Shown here: piece after piece, positions 1 through 12,575 of the stretch
How the letters are laid out: each line of letters starts with the position of its first letter
Position numbering within the stretch: position 1 is the first letter of the stretch
Origin: an uncultured Clostridia bacterium
GTDB lineage: Bacteria > Bacillota > Clostridia > Christensenellales > UBA3700
DNA: 64,000 nt
Assembly: GCA_947038565.1 (NCBI GenBank)
Contig: CAMQWP010000010.1
Location: 765-64,764 of the forward strand
Direction: 5' to 3'
Position numbers and translations under genes: made by a program
The notes under the pieces: model-generated
Database searches by the model: none
What the model saw: only the letters and a program-made list of their open reading frames with translations
Told to the model about the DNA's origin: nothing

Positions 1-1458
1 TTGCTTGACTATATCCGTAATACTAAAGTTGCAAGTAGCGAGGCTGGTGGTATCACTCAGCATATCGGTGCTTATACTATAGATGTACGTGGTGAGCAAA
101 TAACTTTCCTAGATACTCCAGGTCATGAAGCATTTACTACTATGCGTAAGCGTGGTGCTATGGTTACAGATATTGCTATTATCGTAGTTGCAGGTGATGA
201 TGGTTTCATGCCTCAAACTGTAGAGGCTGTATCTCATGCAAAAGAAGCGGGCGTTACTGTTATGATAGCCATCACTAAGATGGATAAACTTACTGTAAAT
301 GCTGATAAGGTATTACAACAAATGTCTCAATACGGTTTAACTCCAGAGGCTTGGGGTGGCGAGACTATGGTTTGCGAAGTTAGTGCAAAGACTGGTCAAG
401 GTATCGAAAGTCTTCTTGATAGTATTATTCTACAAGCAGAAGTTGAAGAGTTAGTTGCAGTTAGAGACTGTCGTGCGACAGGTTCTATCATCGAAGCAAG
501 ACTTGACAAGGGTGTTGGTCCAGTGGCTACATGTCTTATCCAGTCTGGTACTCTAAAAGTTTCTGATTATGTTGTTGCAGGTACTGTAGTAGGTAAAGTT
601 AGGTCGATATTAGATAATTCTAATACTCAAATCCTTTCTGCTGGTCCATCAGTTGCTGTTTCAGTACATGGATTTAGTGAAGTTCCTAATGCAGGTGATC
701 AACTTATCGTCGTTGAGAATGAGAAACTAGCTAAGCAAGTTGCTCAAGAGCGTTCTAATAAAGAGCGTGAAGAGATGCATAAGAAGAGCTCTAGTAGAAG
801 TCTTGAAGATATGTTTAAAAATTACTCAGCTACAGAAAAGAAAAATCTTGGTGTAGTTATTAAGGGTGATGTTCAAGGTTCTGTTGAGGCAGTTCGTCAA
901 GAGCTTGTTAAACTTGGTGAGGAAATGTCAGGTGATGGCGTAGTTCTTACTATCATGCACTCAGCTGTTGGACCTATTAATGAATCGGACGTTATGCTTG
1001 CTAATACTGGTAATGCTATCGTTGTAGGATTTAATGTTCGTCCAGAGCCAAAAGCTAAATTACTTGCTGATCGTAACAACGTTGATGTTAAGATTTATCG
1101 CGTAATATATGATGCTATTGATGATATAAAGAAAGCAATGAAGGGTATGCTTGATCCAATTTTCCGTGAGGAAGTACTTGGTCATGCTGAAGTTCGTGAG
1201 ATTTTCCGTATTACTGGTGTTGGTGTTATTGCTGGTTCATATGTAACTGATGGTAAGATGGCACGTAATGCTAAGTTCCGTTTGATCCGTGATAATGTAG
1301 TCGTTTATGATGGTAGTATCACTTCTATGAAACGTAATAAAGACGAGGCAAAAGAAGTTGCTAGTGGATTCGAGTGTGGTATCGGTCTTGAAGGTTATAA
1401 CGAGATGAAGATAGGTGATACTGTCGAGGCATTCTTACTAATAGAGGAAGAGAGATAA
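1..1458 (+). CDS. infB: translation initiation factor IF-2, C-terminal 485 aa (5' end outside window)
   Basis: GTPase motifs GGITQHIGAY, DTPGHEAF, TKMDK; followed by rbfA and truB as in the conserved infB operon. Confidence 0.97.
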   Translation: MLDYIRNTKVASSEAGGITQHIGAYTIDVRGEQITFLDTPGHEAFTTMRKRGAMVTDIAIIVVAGDDGFMPQTVEAVSHAKEAGVTVMIAITKMDKLTVNADKVLQQMSQYGLTPEAWGGETMVCEVSAKTGQGIESLLDSIILQAEVEELVAVRDCRATGSIIEARLDKGVGPVATCLIQSGTLKVSDYVVAGTVVGKVRSILDNSNTQILSAGPSVAVSVHGFSEVPNAGDQLIVVENEKLAKQVAQERSNKEREEMHKKSSSRSLEDMFKNYSATEKKNLGVVIKGDVQGSVEAVRQELVKLGEEMSGDGVVLTIMHSAVGPINESDVMLANTGNAIVVGFNVRPEPKAKLLADRNNVDVKIYRVIYDAIDDIKKAMKGMLDPIFREEVLGHAEVREIFRITGVGVIAGSYVTDGKMARNAKFRLIRDNVVVYDGSITSMKRNKDEAKEVASGFECGIGLEGYNEMKIGDTVEAFLLIEEER

Positions 1459-1460
1459 TT

Positions 1461-1814
1461 ATGGCTGGTAACAGAATTGATAGAATTAACGCAGAGATGA
1501 AAAGACAGCTTGCACCAATCATTAGCGAGGAACTAACAGACCCTAGAATAAAAGGTCTGATTAGTATCGTTAAGGTTGATACAGATAGTGACCTTTCAGT
1601 AGCTAAGATATACCTAAGTATACTTGGCGCGAATGGTGGCGAAGAGCAAGCAATTGAGGCGATTAATAAGGCAGAAGGATATATTAAGAATATCCTAAAA
1701 AAGAAAATTCAGCTTAGAGCATTGCCACAATTAAGGTTTATCCTTGATACAAGCATTAGCTATGGTATTAAAATTAGCCAAATTCTAAGTGATATTAATA
1801 AAAGTGAGGAATAA
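1461..1814 (+). CDS. rbfA: ribosome-binding factor A
   Basis: 117 aa, position directly after infB, typical RbfA N-terminus (R..R....I.RELA-like 'RINAEMKRQLAPIISEEL'). Confidence 0.9.
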   Translation: MAGNRIDRINAEMKRQLAPIISEELTDPRIKGLISIVKVDTDSDLSVAKIYLSILGANGGEEQAIEAINKAEGYIKNILKKKIQLRALPQLRFILDTSISYGIKISQILSDINKSEE

Positions 1815-1815
1815 T

Positions 1816-2766
1816 ATGATTATAGAAAGTATTGTAGATGCTATCAAAAAAGCAAAGACAATCGCTATTATTTCACATGTAAGTCCTGATGGCGACACAG
1901 TCGGCTCAGGGCTTGCTTTGTTTAAAGCGATAGAAATGTATGGTGGAAAACCCTATCTTTTCTGTGATGATGAGATAAAAGGTAGAATTAAAGCACTTTC
2001 TGGTGTTGAAAAATACAACTTGGAGTCTTTAGAATATTATGATTTATCGGTATCGGTAGACTGTGCTGATGTAGAGAGAATGGGCAATAGTGTATGCGAG
2101 TATTACCGCGGATCAAAGACTATAAATATCGACCATCATAGGACAAATCGCAGGACAGCTGATATGAATTATGTTGATATTAACTCTGCTTCAACTACGC
2201 AAATTATGTACAATGTAGTAAGTAGTTTGGTTGATATAAATACTGAAATAGCAGGATTATTATATTGTGGATTAGTGACCGATAGCGGTGGTTTTACATT
2301 CTCATCTGTTACTTCAGATACAATGCGTGTTGCTGGAGAATTATTAAAATATGATATCAGAGCAAGTGATATATGTAATCATTTTCTTAAAAAAACCAAA
2401 CTAAACACATACAAATTGAAGACTAGAGTGTTAGATAAAGCTAAGTTCTATGATGAAAATAGCATAGGTATCATCAGCTTTAGACTTGATGATTTTGCTG
2501 CGACTGATACTGATACTTCTTGTACTGAGGGTATTATTAATAATATCCTTAATATTGATACTGTAAATGTTGCTGTGTCTATATCGGAAGTTAAAGATAA
2601 AGATTTTAAGGTAAGTTTCAGATCAGGCGATGACATTGACAGCTCTAAGATAGTTTATATTTTTGGTGGTGGTGGTCATAAAAATGCTGCTGGATGTAGA
2701 CTTTCGGGCTTTTATGAGGACGTAGTTGATAGGATACTTAAAGCTATACGCGATGAGATATGCTAG
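1816..2766 (+). CDS. nrnA: DHH/DHHA1 phosphoesterase (NrnA-like oligoribonuclease/pAp phosphatase)
   Basis: Motifs HVSPDGD, DCAD, IDHH, GGGH; start moved to ATG 1816 (GTGAGGAA SD, just after rbfA stop). Confidence 0.85.
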   Translation: MIIESIVDAIKKAKTIAIISHVSPDGDTVGSGLALFKAIEMYGGKPYLFCDDEIKGRIKALSGVEKYNLESLEYYDLSVSVDCADVERMGNSVCEYYRGSKTINIDHHRTNRRTADMNYVDINSASTTQIMYNVVSSLVDINTEIAGLLYCGLVTDSGGFTFSSVTSDTMRVAGELLKYDIRASDICNHFLKKTKLNTYKLKTRVLDKAKFYDENSIGIISFRLDDFAATDTDTSCTEGIINNILNIDTVNVAVSISEVKDKDFKVSFRSGDDIDSSKIVYIFGGGGHKNAAGCRLSGFYEDVVDRILKAIRDEIC

Positions 2767-3629
2767 GAGCATTAAATGTATTAAAGCCGACTGGGTGGAC
2801 TTCATCGGATGTAGTAGTAAAACTTAAATGGATACTTAGAAAATATTGCGATGATAAGAAAATAAAAGTTGGGCATTTAGGGACGTTAGATCCTGCTGGT
2901 AGTGGTGTTCTTCCGATAGTATTCGGTAAGGCAACTAGGCTTTTTGATTACTATGTCGGTGGTGATAAGTTGTATCGTACAACATTCACTTTTGGCAAAA
3001 CTACAGACACTTTAGACTCTTATGGTGAAGTATTAGAAAGTGGCGGAAGTATTCCTACAATAGATGACATTAATGGTGTTATAGATAAATTTGTCGGTGT
3101 TCTTAATCAAATTCCTCCTCAATATTCACGTGTTGTGATAGATGGAAAGAGGGCTTGCGATGTTGCTCGTTCGGGTGGTAGTGTTGATATTAAAGCTCGT
3201 ACTATTACAGTGTTTTCGATAGATATTATTGACTATGCAGAGGGCGTTCTTTCGATGGATATACATTGCTCAGGCGGTACGTATGTTAGAAGCATTTGCC
3301 GTGATTTAGCTGACATGTTGTCTACCTATGCTTACATGTCTAGTATAATTAGATTAAATAATAAATCATTTCATATAGAAAATACTGTTACCGTTGATGA
3401 GTTGTATGAAAATGGTGTTGATCAATACATTTTGCCAGTTGAAGAACTGCTTAAAGATGAAATATTTGTCGCTATTGATGGTGATGAAGTAGGAAAATTA
3501 TTAAACGGTGTTGATATACCGAAAAGAGGCGAGAGTGGCAATTATGTTGTTACGATCGAAGGTAAAATATTTGGAATTTGTACTGATGAAAATGATATAG
3601 TAAAAGTCGTTATTAGACTTTGGGAGTAA
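2760..3629 (+). CDS. truB: tRNA pseudouridine(55) synthase
   Basis: Catalytic motif GHLGTLDPAGSGVLP; conserved position after rbfA/nrnA. Confidence 0.93.
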   Translation: MLGALNVLKPTGWTSSDVVVKLKWILRKYCDDKKIKVGHLGTLDPAGSGVLPIVFGKATRLFDYYVGGDKLYRTTFTFGKTTDTLDSYGEVLESGGSIPTIDDINGVIDKFVGVLNQIPPQYSRVVIDGKRACDVARSGGSVDIKARTITVFSIDIIDYAEGVLSMDIHCSGGTYVRSICRDLADMLSTYAYMSSIIRLNNKSFHIENTVTVDELYENGVDQYILPVEELLKDEIFVAIDGDEVGKLLNGVDIPKRGESGNYVVTIEGKIFGICTDENDIVKVVIRLWE

Positions 3630-3690
3630 TAAATTTGCACCTATATATTATCGTTTGTACAGTTAAGTATGTATAGATAAAGGATGTTGA

Positions 3691-4596
3691 TTGATAATGA
3701 GAGTAGTAGGGAAATTTATAACTGAAAAATCAATAGCGGGAATCGCTCTTGCACTTGGGTATTTTGACAGCGTTCATTTAGGGCATTGTTCTTTGATATC
3801 AGAGTGTACTAGTAGCGAATATTCTCCTGCAGTATTTACTTTTCGCAATAACCCTGATTTGCTTTTTAGTGGCAATAATAAACAATGTTTCACCTATAGT
3901 GAAAGAGTTAGTATTTTCGAACGATTGGGTGTGGAGCTTGTTATCAGTAGCGATTTTAATGTGCGAATTATGAATATGAGCGGATATGACTTTTTGTCTA
4001 TGATCTATGATAATAATAATATCAAATTAATTGTTATTGGTAGTGATTATTGTTGCGGTCACAATGCAGAGTATAAGACGGCGGATATAATAAAGTTTTT
4101 CAGTGAGCGTGGAGTTAATGTAATCGTGAAAGACCTTATTCAAAATGATGGCATGAAAATAGCTAGTAGGAATATTAGAAGTATGCTTGCGGATGGCAAA
4201 ATATCAGAAGTAAATCGTTTGTTACCTTTTCCTTTTCAGATAAATGGCACTGTTACTAAAGGTCGTAGTGTCGGTGGTTCGATAGTAGGATATCCTACAG
4301 CGAATATTGCCTATCCTGTGGATAAAATCGAGTTGAAGGCTGGAGTATATAAGACAAATATAGATATAAATGGCAGAAGTTATATCGCACTTACTAATGT
4401 TGGTGCACACCCTACTTTTGATGATTATGTCTTTAATATAGAAAGTTTTGTTATTGATTATGATGGAGATCTTTATGGTCAAGACATATCAGTACAGTTT
4501 ATTGAGTACCTTCGTGGTATAATAAAATTTGATAACGCTACTCAACTGCATGCTCAGATAACTGCTGATTTTGAAAGAGTAATGCAAGTGAAGTGA
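3691..4596 (+). CDS. ribF: bifunctional riboflavin kinase / FMN adenylyltransferase
   Basis: N-terminal nucleotidyltransferase (GYFDSVHLGH) and C-terminal riboflavin kinase (GRSVGG..GYPTANI) motifs; follows truB. Confidence 0.9.
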   Translation: MIMRVVGKFITEKSIAGIALALGYFDSVHLGHCSLISECTSSEYSPAVFTFRNNPDLLFSGNNKQCFTYSERVSIFERLGVELVISSDFNVRIMNMSGYDFLSMIYDNNNIKLIVIGSDYCCGHNAEYKTADIIKFFSERGVNVIVKDLIQNDGMKIASRNIRSMLADGKISEVNRLLPFPFQINGTVTKGRSVGGSIVGYPTANIAYPVDKIELKAGVYKTNIDINGRSYIALTNVGAHPTFDDYVFNIESFVIDYDGDLYGQDISVQFIEYLRGIIKFDNATQLHAQITADFERVMQVK

Positions 4597-4722
4597 TGAT
4601 ATAATAAAAAATGTTAAGTATATTAAATGCGATAAGTTTTATCAAATGCAAATATTTGGGATAACACAGGTTTTTTATACTGAATTCGAATAGCTGATGA
4701 TAATGTATTTATGGAGGGTATT

Positions 4723-5571
4723 ATGATAAAATTTGGACCAAGCGGAACAGGGCTTGCTTTTGGTGAAGATGGACTTTCTAAAACTATTCAAGTACCTAGC
4801 TGGCTAAAAGCAAAGAATTTAGATTTGTTTGAGTATTCTTTTGGTAGGGGTGTGCGTATTGGTGAAGAGACTGCTCGCAGTTACGGCGAAGAGTTTGCTA
4901 AGCACGGTATAGAGATATCTGTTCATGCTCCGTATTTTATAAATATGGCTACTGATGATGAGCAAAAAGCACTAAATAACCATAATTATCTAATCGACAG
5001 TATTACTGCACTTAAAAATTTGGGTGGAAATCGTTGTGTTTTTCACCCAGGTAGTCCACTTAAAAAAAATCGACGCGACGCTATGGATATTCTTATAGGT
5101 CGAATGGATATAATGTTACAAGAGATGTACGATTTAGGTCATAATGATATCCTTCTAGGCGTGGAGACGATGGGTAAGTTTGCTCAGTTGGGCGACGAGG
5201 ATGAAGTAATTGAGATAGTGTCTAGGGATAACATGTTAGTGCCGTGCATTGACTTCGGTCATTTGAATGCTAGAACTTGCGGTGGAATAACCGGATACGA
5301 TGAGTATGCAAGGATTATAGAAAAATTTATAAATGGCGTTGGATTTGAGAAAGTAGATAATATGCATATACACTTTAGTAAGATCGAATATTCTCCTAAG
5401 GGTGAAGTGCGTCACTTAACTTTCGGCGATACTCAGTACGGACCAGATTATGAGCCGCTTGCGAAAGCGTTCTATGAGTTTGATATACATCCTTATGTAG
5501 TATGCGAGTCTGCTGGTACACAAACAGAAGACAGTCTTTATATGAAAAATTACTATAATAGTTTAAAGTAA
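4723..5571 (+). CDS. TIM-barrel protein of the endonuclease IV / xylose-isomerase-like family
   Basis: Nfo-like layout (HAPYFINMAT, FHPG, metal-ligand His/Asp/Glu spacing); start at ATG 4723 after GGAGGG SD. Confidence 0.65.
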   Translation: MIKFGPSGTGLAFGEDGLSKTIQVPSWLKAKNLDLFEYSFGRGVRIGEETARSYGEEFAKHGIEISVHAPYFINMATDDEQKALNNHNYLIDSITALKNLGGNRCVFHPGSPLKKNRRDAMDILIGRMDIMLQEMYDLGHNDILLGVETMGKFAQLGDEDEVIEIVSRDNMLVPCIDFGHLNARTCGGITGYDEYARIIEKFINGVGFEKVDNMHIHFSKIEYSPKGEVRHLTFGDTQYGPDYEPLAKAFYEFDIHPYVVCESAGTQTEDSLYMKNYYNSLK

Positions 5572-5682
5572 TTAAAAATATCAATAATAATAAATATGTG
5601 AGGTAAATAAATATCATCATATGGTGAAAAATAATGTTAAATCCATTTACAATATAATCCTTTTATGATATACTAATAATAT

Positions 5683-6750
5683 ATGAATAAATTTAGAAAG
5701 TTGATTGATAAGCTTAATGTTGATGCAGTAATTTCTTCTGCGCCATCAAATGTAAGATATTCGACTGGTTATCTAGCCGACTATTGCTATGCTATCACTA
5801 CTAGATCTTCGCAGTATTATTTTACTGATGGTAGATTTACTATAGAGGCTAATCGTGATTTGTCACCAGATTGGAATGTAATAACTATTACCCCCGTTGA
5901 CTCATCTAAAGCTATTACCGATATATTACATCAAAACAATGTCAAGAAAATTGCATATGATAGCAATATCATGCATAGTGAATATGTATTTATAAAACAT
6001 CTTTTATCTTCTTTTGAGAGCGTAGATGTAACTGATGATATTGCAAATATTAGAGCGGTTAAGTCGGTTAAAGAGATAGAAAGTATCACTATCGCTCAAC
6101 GAATAGCAGAGAAATCACTAGATGAGTTGAAAAAACATTTTCTATTAGGCGTCACTGAAAGAGAACTTGCTGCAAGACTAGAGTTTTTAATGCGTATGAA
6201 TGGATCTGATTCTGTTAGCTTTGATTCAATAGTCGCGTTTGGAGAAAATTCAGCAATTGCTCATGCAAAGCCTTCCGATAGGAAGTTAAAAAATGGTGAT
6301 ATTATATTGATTGATTTTGGTGCTAAATTAAATGGTTATTGCTCAGATATGACCAGATGCTTTGTATTTGGTGAATGTAATGAGTATATCCGTCGTATGT
6401 ATAATTGTGTATTAGGTGCAAACGAGATCGCTATCGGTGCGATTAGATCAGGTATGCCGTGTGCAGAGGCTGATAGAGTAGCTAGAAATTACATTAACGC
6501 TTTTGGATATGGTGACTCGTTCACTCATTCATTAGGTCATGGTGTTGGAGTAGATATACACGAGCAACCATACCTATCATCAAGAGCATATGATGGACAA
6601 ATCCTACAAGACAATATGGTCGTTACTGTCGAGCCAGGTATATATATAGAAGGTTTGGGCGGTATACGTATAGAAGATATGATCGTCGTAAGTGGTGCTA
6701 TTGCAGTAAATCTTACGGCTTCAAATAAAAAATTGGAAATAATAAACTAA
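5683..6750 (+). CDS. M24B Xaa-Pro aminopeptidase/dipeptidase
   Basis: Metal-ligand motifs DFGAKLNGYCSDMTR, HSLGHGVGVDIHE, VEPGIY..IRIED; conserved position upstream of efp. Confidence 0.88.
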   Translation: MNKFRKLIDKLNVDAVISSAPSNVRYSTGYLADYCYAITTRSSQYYFTDGRFTIEANRDLSPDWNVITITPVDSSKAITDILHQNNVKKIAYDSNIMHSEYVFIKHLLSSFESVDVTDDIANIRAVKSVKEIESITIAQRIAEKSLDELKKHFLLGVTERELAARLEFLMRMNGSDSVSFDSIVAFGENSAIAHAKPSDRKLKNGDIILIDFGAKLNGYCSDMTRCFVFGECNEYIRRMYNCVLGANEIAIGAIRSGMPCAEADRVARNYINAFGYGDSFTHSLGHGVGVDIHEQPYLSSRAYDGQILQDNMVVTVEPGIYIEGLGGIRIEDMIVVSGAIAVNLTASNKKLEIIN

Positions 6751-6770
6751 TAGTTTTACTGGAGGTAATT

Positions 6771-7334
6771 ATGGCTTATATACAAGCTGGTGAGTTCCGC
6801 AAAGGAATTACATTTGAAATGGACGGAAAGGTAATGGTTATTACAGAGTTCTTACACGTTAAACCAGGTAAGGGTGCAGCATTCGTACGTACTAAGATTC
6901 GTGACGTTATTAATGGTGGTCTACTAGACAAAACTTTTAACCCAACAGAGAAATTTGAGCTTGCTCATATCGAGAGAAAATCTCTAGAGTATCTTTATAC
7001 TGATGGCGAGTTATTCTACTTTATGGACCCTGAGTCTTATGAGCAGACTGCTCTTAATGAGGAAAGTGTTTCTGAAGCGTTGATGTTTGTTAAAGAGAAT
7101 ATGAAGGTTGATATTGAATTCTTTAAGGGTAAACCTTTCTCAGTAATGCCTCCTAACTTTGTAGAGTTATTGATCACTTTCTGCGAGCCAGGAATCAAGG
7201 GAAATACTTCTCAAGGCGTTACTAAGCCAGCAACTTTGGAGACTGGTTACATTCTTCAAGTACCTCTATTTGTTAACGAAGGTGATACTATTCGTGTTGA
7301 CACTAGAAACGGCTCTTACATGTCAAGAGTTTAA
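6771..7334 (+). CDS. efp: elongation factor P
   Basis: 187 aa, KPGKGAAFVRTK loop motif. Confidence 0.97.
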   Translation: MAYIQAGEFRKGITFEMDGKVMVITEFLHVKPGKGAAFVRTKIRDVINGGLLDKTFNPTEKFELAHIERKSLEYLYTDGELFYFMDPESYEQTALNEESVSEALMFVKENMKVDIEFFKGKPFSVMPPNFVELLITFCEPGIKGNTSQGVTKPATLETGYILQVPLFVNEGDTIRVDTRNGSYMSRV

Positions 7335-7351
7335 TTTAAACCCTAAAAGGT

Positions 7352-7384
7352 CACTGCAAGTATCATAAACTTGCAGTGTTTTTT
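7352..7384 (+). terminator. intrinsic terminator after efp
   Basis: 9-bp stem CACTGCAAG/CTTGCAGTG followed by T6. Confidence 0.75.
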
Positions 7385-7388
7385 ATGT

Positions 7389-7883
7389 ATGATAATATTG
7401 GGAATTGATCCTGGTATCGCAATCGTTGGCTACGGCGTGATTGAGGTAGATAGAGGTAACTTTAAGATGATAGATTATGGCACGATTACTACTCCGAAAG
7501 AAGAAAGTAAACCTGCTAGGCTTTGCATGATCGAACGTGCTTTAATCAAGCTAATAGAACAGTATAAGCCTGATGAGATATCTATAGAGGAATTATTTTT
7601 CTCTACAAATACTAAGACGGCTATGATAGTAGCCGAGGCTAGAGGTGTATTACTTCTTACTGCGTCAAAGTATTGCGGTAGTTTATTTGAGTATACTCCA
7701 AACCAGATCAAACAAGCAGTGACTGGATCGGGTAGGGCTGATAAGTTACAAGTTCAACAAATGGTGAAAACTATTTTAAGACTTAAGAACATTCCTAGAC
7801 CTGATGACGCTGCGGATGCACTTGCAGTAGCTATTACGCACGGACAAACCAATCGTATGTCGGGTCAGTTTAGGATAAAGTAA
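7389..7883 (+). CDS. ruvC: Holliday junction resolvase RuvC
   Basis: N-terminus MIILGIDPG, C-terminal DAADALAVA motif; start set to ATG 7389 because the longer ORF overlaps the efp terminator. Confidence 0.92.
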   Translation: MIILGIDPGIAIVGYGVIEVDRGNFKMIDYGTITTPKEESKPARLCMIERALIKLIEQYKPDEISIEELFFSTNTKTAMIVAEARGVLLLTASKYCGSLFEYTPNQIKQAVTGSGRADKLQVQQMVKTILRLKNIPRPDDAADALAVAITHGQTNRMSGQFRIK

Positions 7884-7964
7884 TACCTAAGCATAGTTTG
7901 ATATCGATGATTATGCATAAGAAATAAATCGTTATCATTGTTATTTGTAAATATAAGGAGAATT

Positions 7965-8564
7965 ATGTACGCATTTATTAGTGGAAAATTAGATTATATT
8001 AATCAAGATGGCACAGTCGTTGTGGATAATAATGGTATTGGTTATAATATAATGGTGACTGGAAATACTTTGAGTAAATTACCAAGACTAGGAGAGTCAG
8101 TCAAGCTATATACTTATACGCATATTAAAGAAGATATTTTCGCATTGTACGGTTTCTTGTATAATGATGAAAAAGTAATGTTTCAAAAACTTATAAATAT
8201 TAATGGTGTTGGTTGTAAGATGGCTATAGGTATTTTATCTGGCGTTGATAGTACTACTCTTGCTGTATCCATCGCGAGTAGTGATGTAACTAGCTTGTCG
8301 AAGATAAAAGGCGTTGGTAAGAAAACTGCCGAGAGGATCATCCTAGAGCTTAAAGAAAAAGTCGACATTACAGAGTTTACCTCAGTAAGTGCTATAGGTG
8401 GTACTACAATTAGTCAAAATATGGAGATTAATGATGCTGTAACTGCATTAGTATCTCTAGGAATATCTAAAGCCGATGCATTTAAAGCGGTAATGAAAGC
8501 TAGTGAAACTGCTACATCAACTAACGCAATGATTACTTTAGCATTAAGAGGTATGGATAGATAA
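7965..8564 (+). CDS. ruvA: Holliday junction branch migration complex subunit RuvA
   Basis: [10 protein letters not shown]-terminus, HhH motifs (GVG.K.A..I); AAGGAG SD before ATG 7965. Confidence 0.93.
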   Translation: MYAFISGKLDYINQDGTVVVDNNGIGYNIMVTGNTLSKLPRLGESVKLYTYTHIKEDIFALYGFLYNDEKVMFQKLININGVGCKMAIGILSGVDSTTLAVSIASSDVTSLSKIKGVGKKTAERIILELKEKVDITEFTSVSAIGGTTISQNMEINDAVTALVSLGISKADAFKAVMKASETATSTNAMITLALRGMDR

Positions 8565-8574
8565 GGAGGATGTT

Positions 8575-9634
8575 ATGTTTGATATCGAAGATGAAGATAG
8601 ACTGATTACTAGTACAAGAAACTCTGAAGATACGCAAGAAAACTCGCTTAGACCTAAGTGTATGAGTGATTATATTGGGCAAGATAAAATAAAAAACAAT
8701 CTTGAAATATACATAACGGCTGCTAGAAACCGCGGTGAGGCACTAGATCATGTTCTACTTTACGGCCCTCCAGGACTAGGTAAAACGACGCTATCTCATA
8801 TAATAGCTAGTGAAATGGGTTCTCAAATAAGAGTAACAAGTGGGCCAGCTATTGAAAAAGCTGGTGATCTTGCTGCTATTCTTACTAACTTAGCTGATGA
8901 TGATATACTATTTATTGATGAGATACATAGGCTTAATCGAAATGTAGAGGAAGTATTATATCCTGCAATGGAAGATTATGCACTTGATATAGTGATCGGT
9001 AAAGGGCCGTCGGCTAGAAGTCTGCGAATAGATTTGCCAAGATTTACTTTAATCGGTGCAACTACAAAAGCAGGTATGCTTACTAGCCCGCTTAGAGATA
9101 GGTTTGGCGTAAATCTAAGACTAGAGCTATATACGCCAGAAGATTTATCCGTGATAGTGGATAGATCAGCATCACTTTTAAATGTTGAGATTGACAGCGA
9201 AGCTACTTACGAGATCGCAAGGCGATCAAGAGGTACGCCTAGAATCGCAAATAGATTACTAAAGCGTATGAGAGATTTTGCTGAAGTATTATCAGAAGAT
9301 AAGAGGATAAGTATTGAGCTTGCTAGAAAAGGACTTAGCCTTATGGAAGTAGATGATAAAGGACTAGATTATATTGATAGGAAACTACTTACAGCTATTA
9401 TTGATACGTTCAATGGTGGGCCGGTAGGTCTTGATACTATTTCTGCATCAGTCGGAGAAGATAGTAATACGCTAGAGGACGTATGTGAGCCGTATCTTAT
9501 GCAGATCGGTTTTATCGCTAGAACGCCTCGTGGTAGAGTATGTCTTCCTGCAGCATATGAACATTTAGGTAAGAGATTGCCTGAAGATAAACTTGAGCAA
9601 ATCAAGCAATTTGAAAAAGAAGGAATTATCAAAG

Positions 9635-9648
<14 letters not shown>
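8575..9648 (+). CDS. ruvB: Holliday junction branch migration ATPase RuvB
   Basis: Walker [10 protein letters not shown], Walker B FIDEIHR, sensor TRxG motifs. Confidence 0.97.
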
Positions 9649-11792
<2,144 letters not shown>

Positions 11793-11886
11793 ATTCAGTA
11801 AAATATTAAAAATTATATTAAATTATTTGCTTTAATTAGGTAAATGTTGTATAATTATAATATTAATATAATAATAAGGAGATTTT

Positions 11887-12426
11887 ATGATTAATTTATT
11901 AAGTGAAACAGGTATGGGAAGCTGGTTGATGCCAGTTATGCTTATTGGTTTATTTGCAATAATGCTAATAGTTACTATAATTCCTCAGAAAAAGAGGAAG
12001 AAGCAAGCACAACAAATGATGAGTACTCTAGGTGTAGGTTCTCAAGTTAGAACTATCGGAGGATTCGTAGGAATAGTTTTCGCAATAGATGATTCAACAA
12101 ACATTATTCAGTTAAATATTGGTAGTGAAGAGAGTCCAGTACTTGTAACTTTAGATAAAGCTGCAATATACACTGTTATCAATTCTGGTATCGAAGAGAC
12201 TCCAGTTGTTACTGAGGCTGGTGCCGTAGTATCTGAAGATAGCATAGTTTCTCTTGATGATGCTGATGAAGCTGCAAGAATTGCTGATAAGAAAGCTGAC
12301 AAGGCTGCAAAGAAGGCTGCAAAGGCTAGCAAAAATGCTGTAGTAGAATTGCAACCTAATGATGACGCAGTAAGTGATATATTTGATAATGAAGTTACAG
12401 AGTCTAACGACGAGGTATCTTTATAA
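11887..12426 (+). CDS. yajC: preprotein translocase subunit YajC with long Lys/Ala/acidic C-terminal extension
   Basis: N-terminal TM helix then QKKRKK..G..V.T.GG..G motif typical of YajC; conserved position after tgt; about 80 extra C-terminal residues. Confidence 0.75.
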   Translation: MINLLSETGMGSWLMPVMLIGLFAIMLIVTIIPQKKRKKQAQQMMSTLGVGSQVRTIGGFVGIVFAIDDSTNIIQLNIGSEESPVLVTLDKAAIYTVINSGIEETPVVTEAGAVVSEDSIVSLDDADEAARIADKKADKAAKKAAKASKNAVVELQPNDDAVSDIFDNEVTESNDEVSL

Positions 12427-12448
12427 TTAATTAAGGTAATATATTATA

Positions 12449-12492
12449 ATCCACACACTGTAGATTAATTTCTACATGGTGTGGATTTTTTT
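12449..12492 (+). terminator. intrinsic terminator after yajC
   Basis: AATCCACAC...GTGTGGATT stem followed by T-run. Confidence 0.75.
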
Positions 12493-12512
12493 CGTTTATT
12501 TTTGTATATCAA

Positions 12513-12541
12513 TTGACTTTTATTTCTCTATAGGCTATAAT
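12513..12541 (+). promoter_or_regulatory. sigma-A type promoter for the XRE-like gene
   Basis: TTGACT - 17 nt - TATAAT. Confidence 0.6.
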
Positions 12542-12575
12542 AGTAATACTTACGAATGATGAAAGGGGGATGATT

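Noticed and set aside
4711-4725. Identical 15-mer ATGGAGGGTATTATG at two unrelated gene starts (also 47759-47773)
   Set aside because: It is explained by an SD (GGAGGG) plus spacer plus ATG in AT-rich DNA. The flanking sequence is unrelated, so it is not a repeat element.
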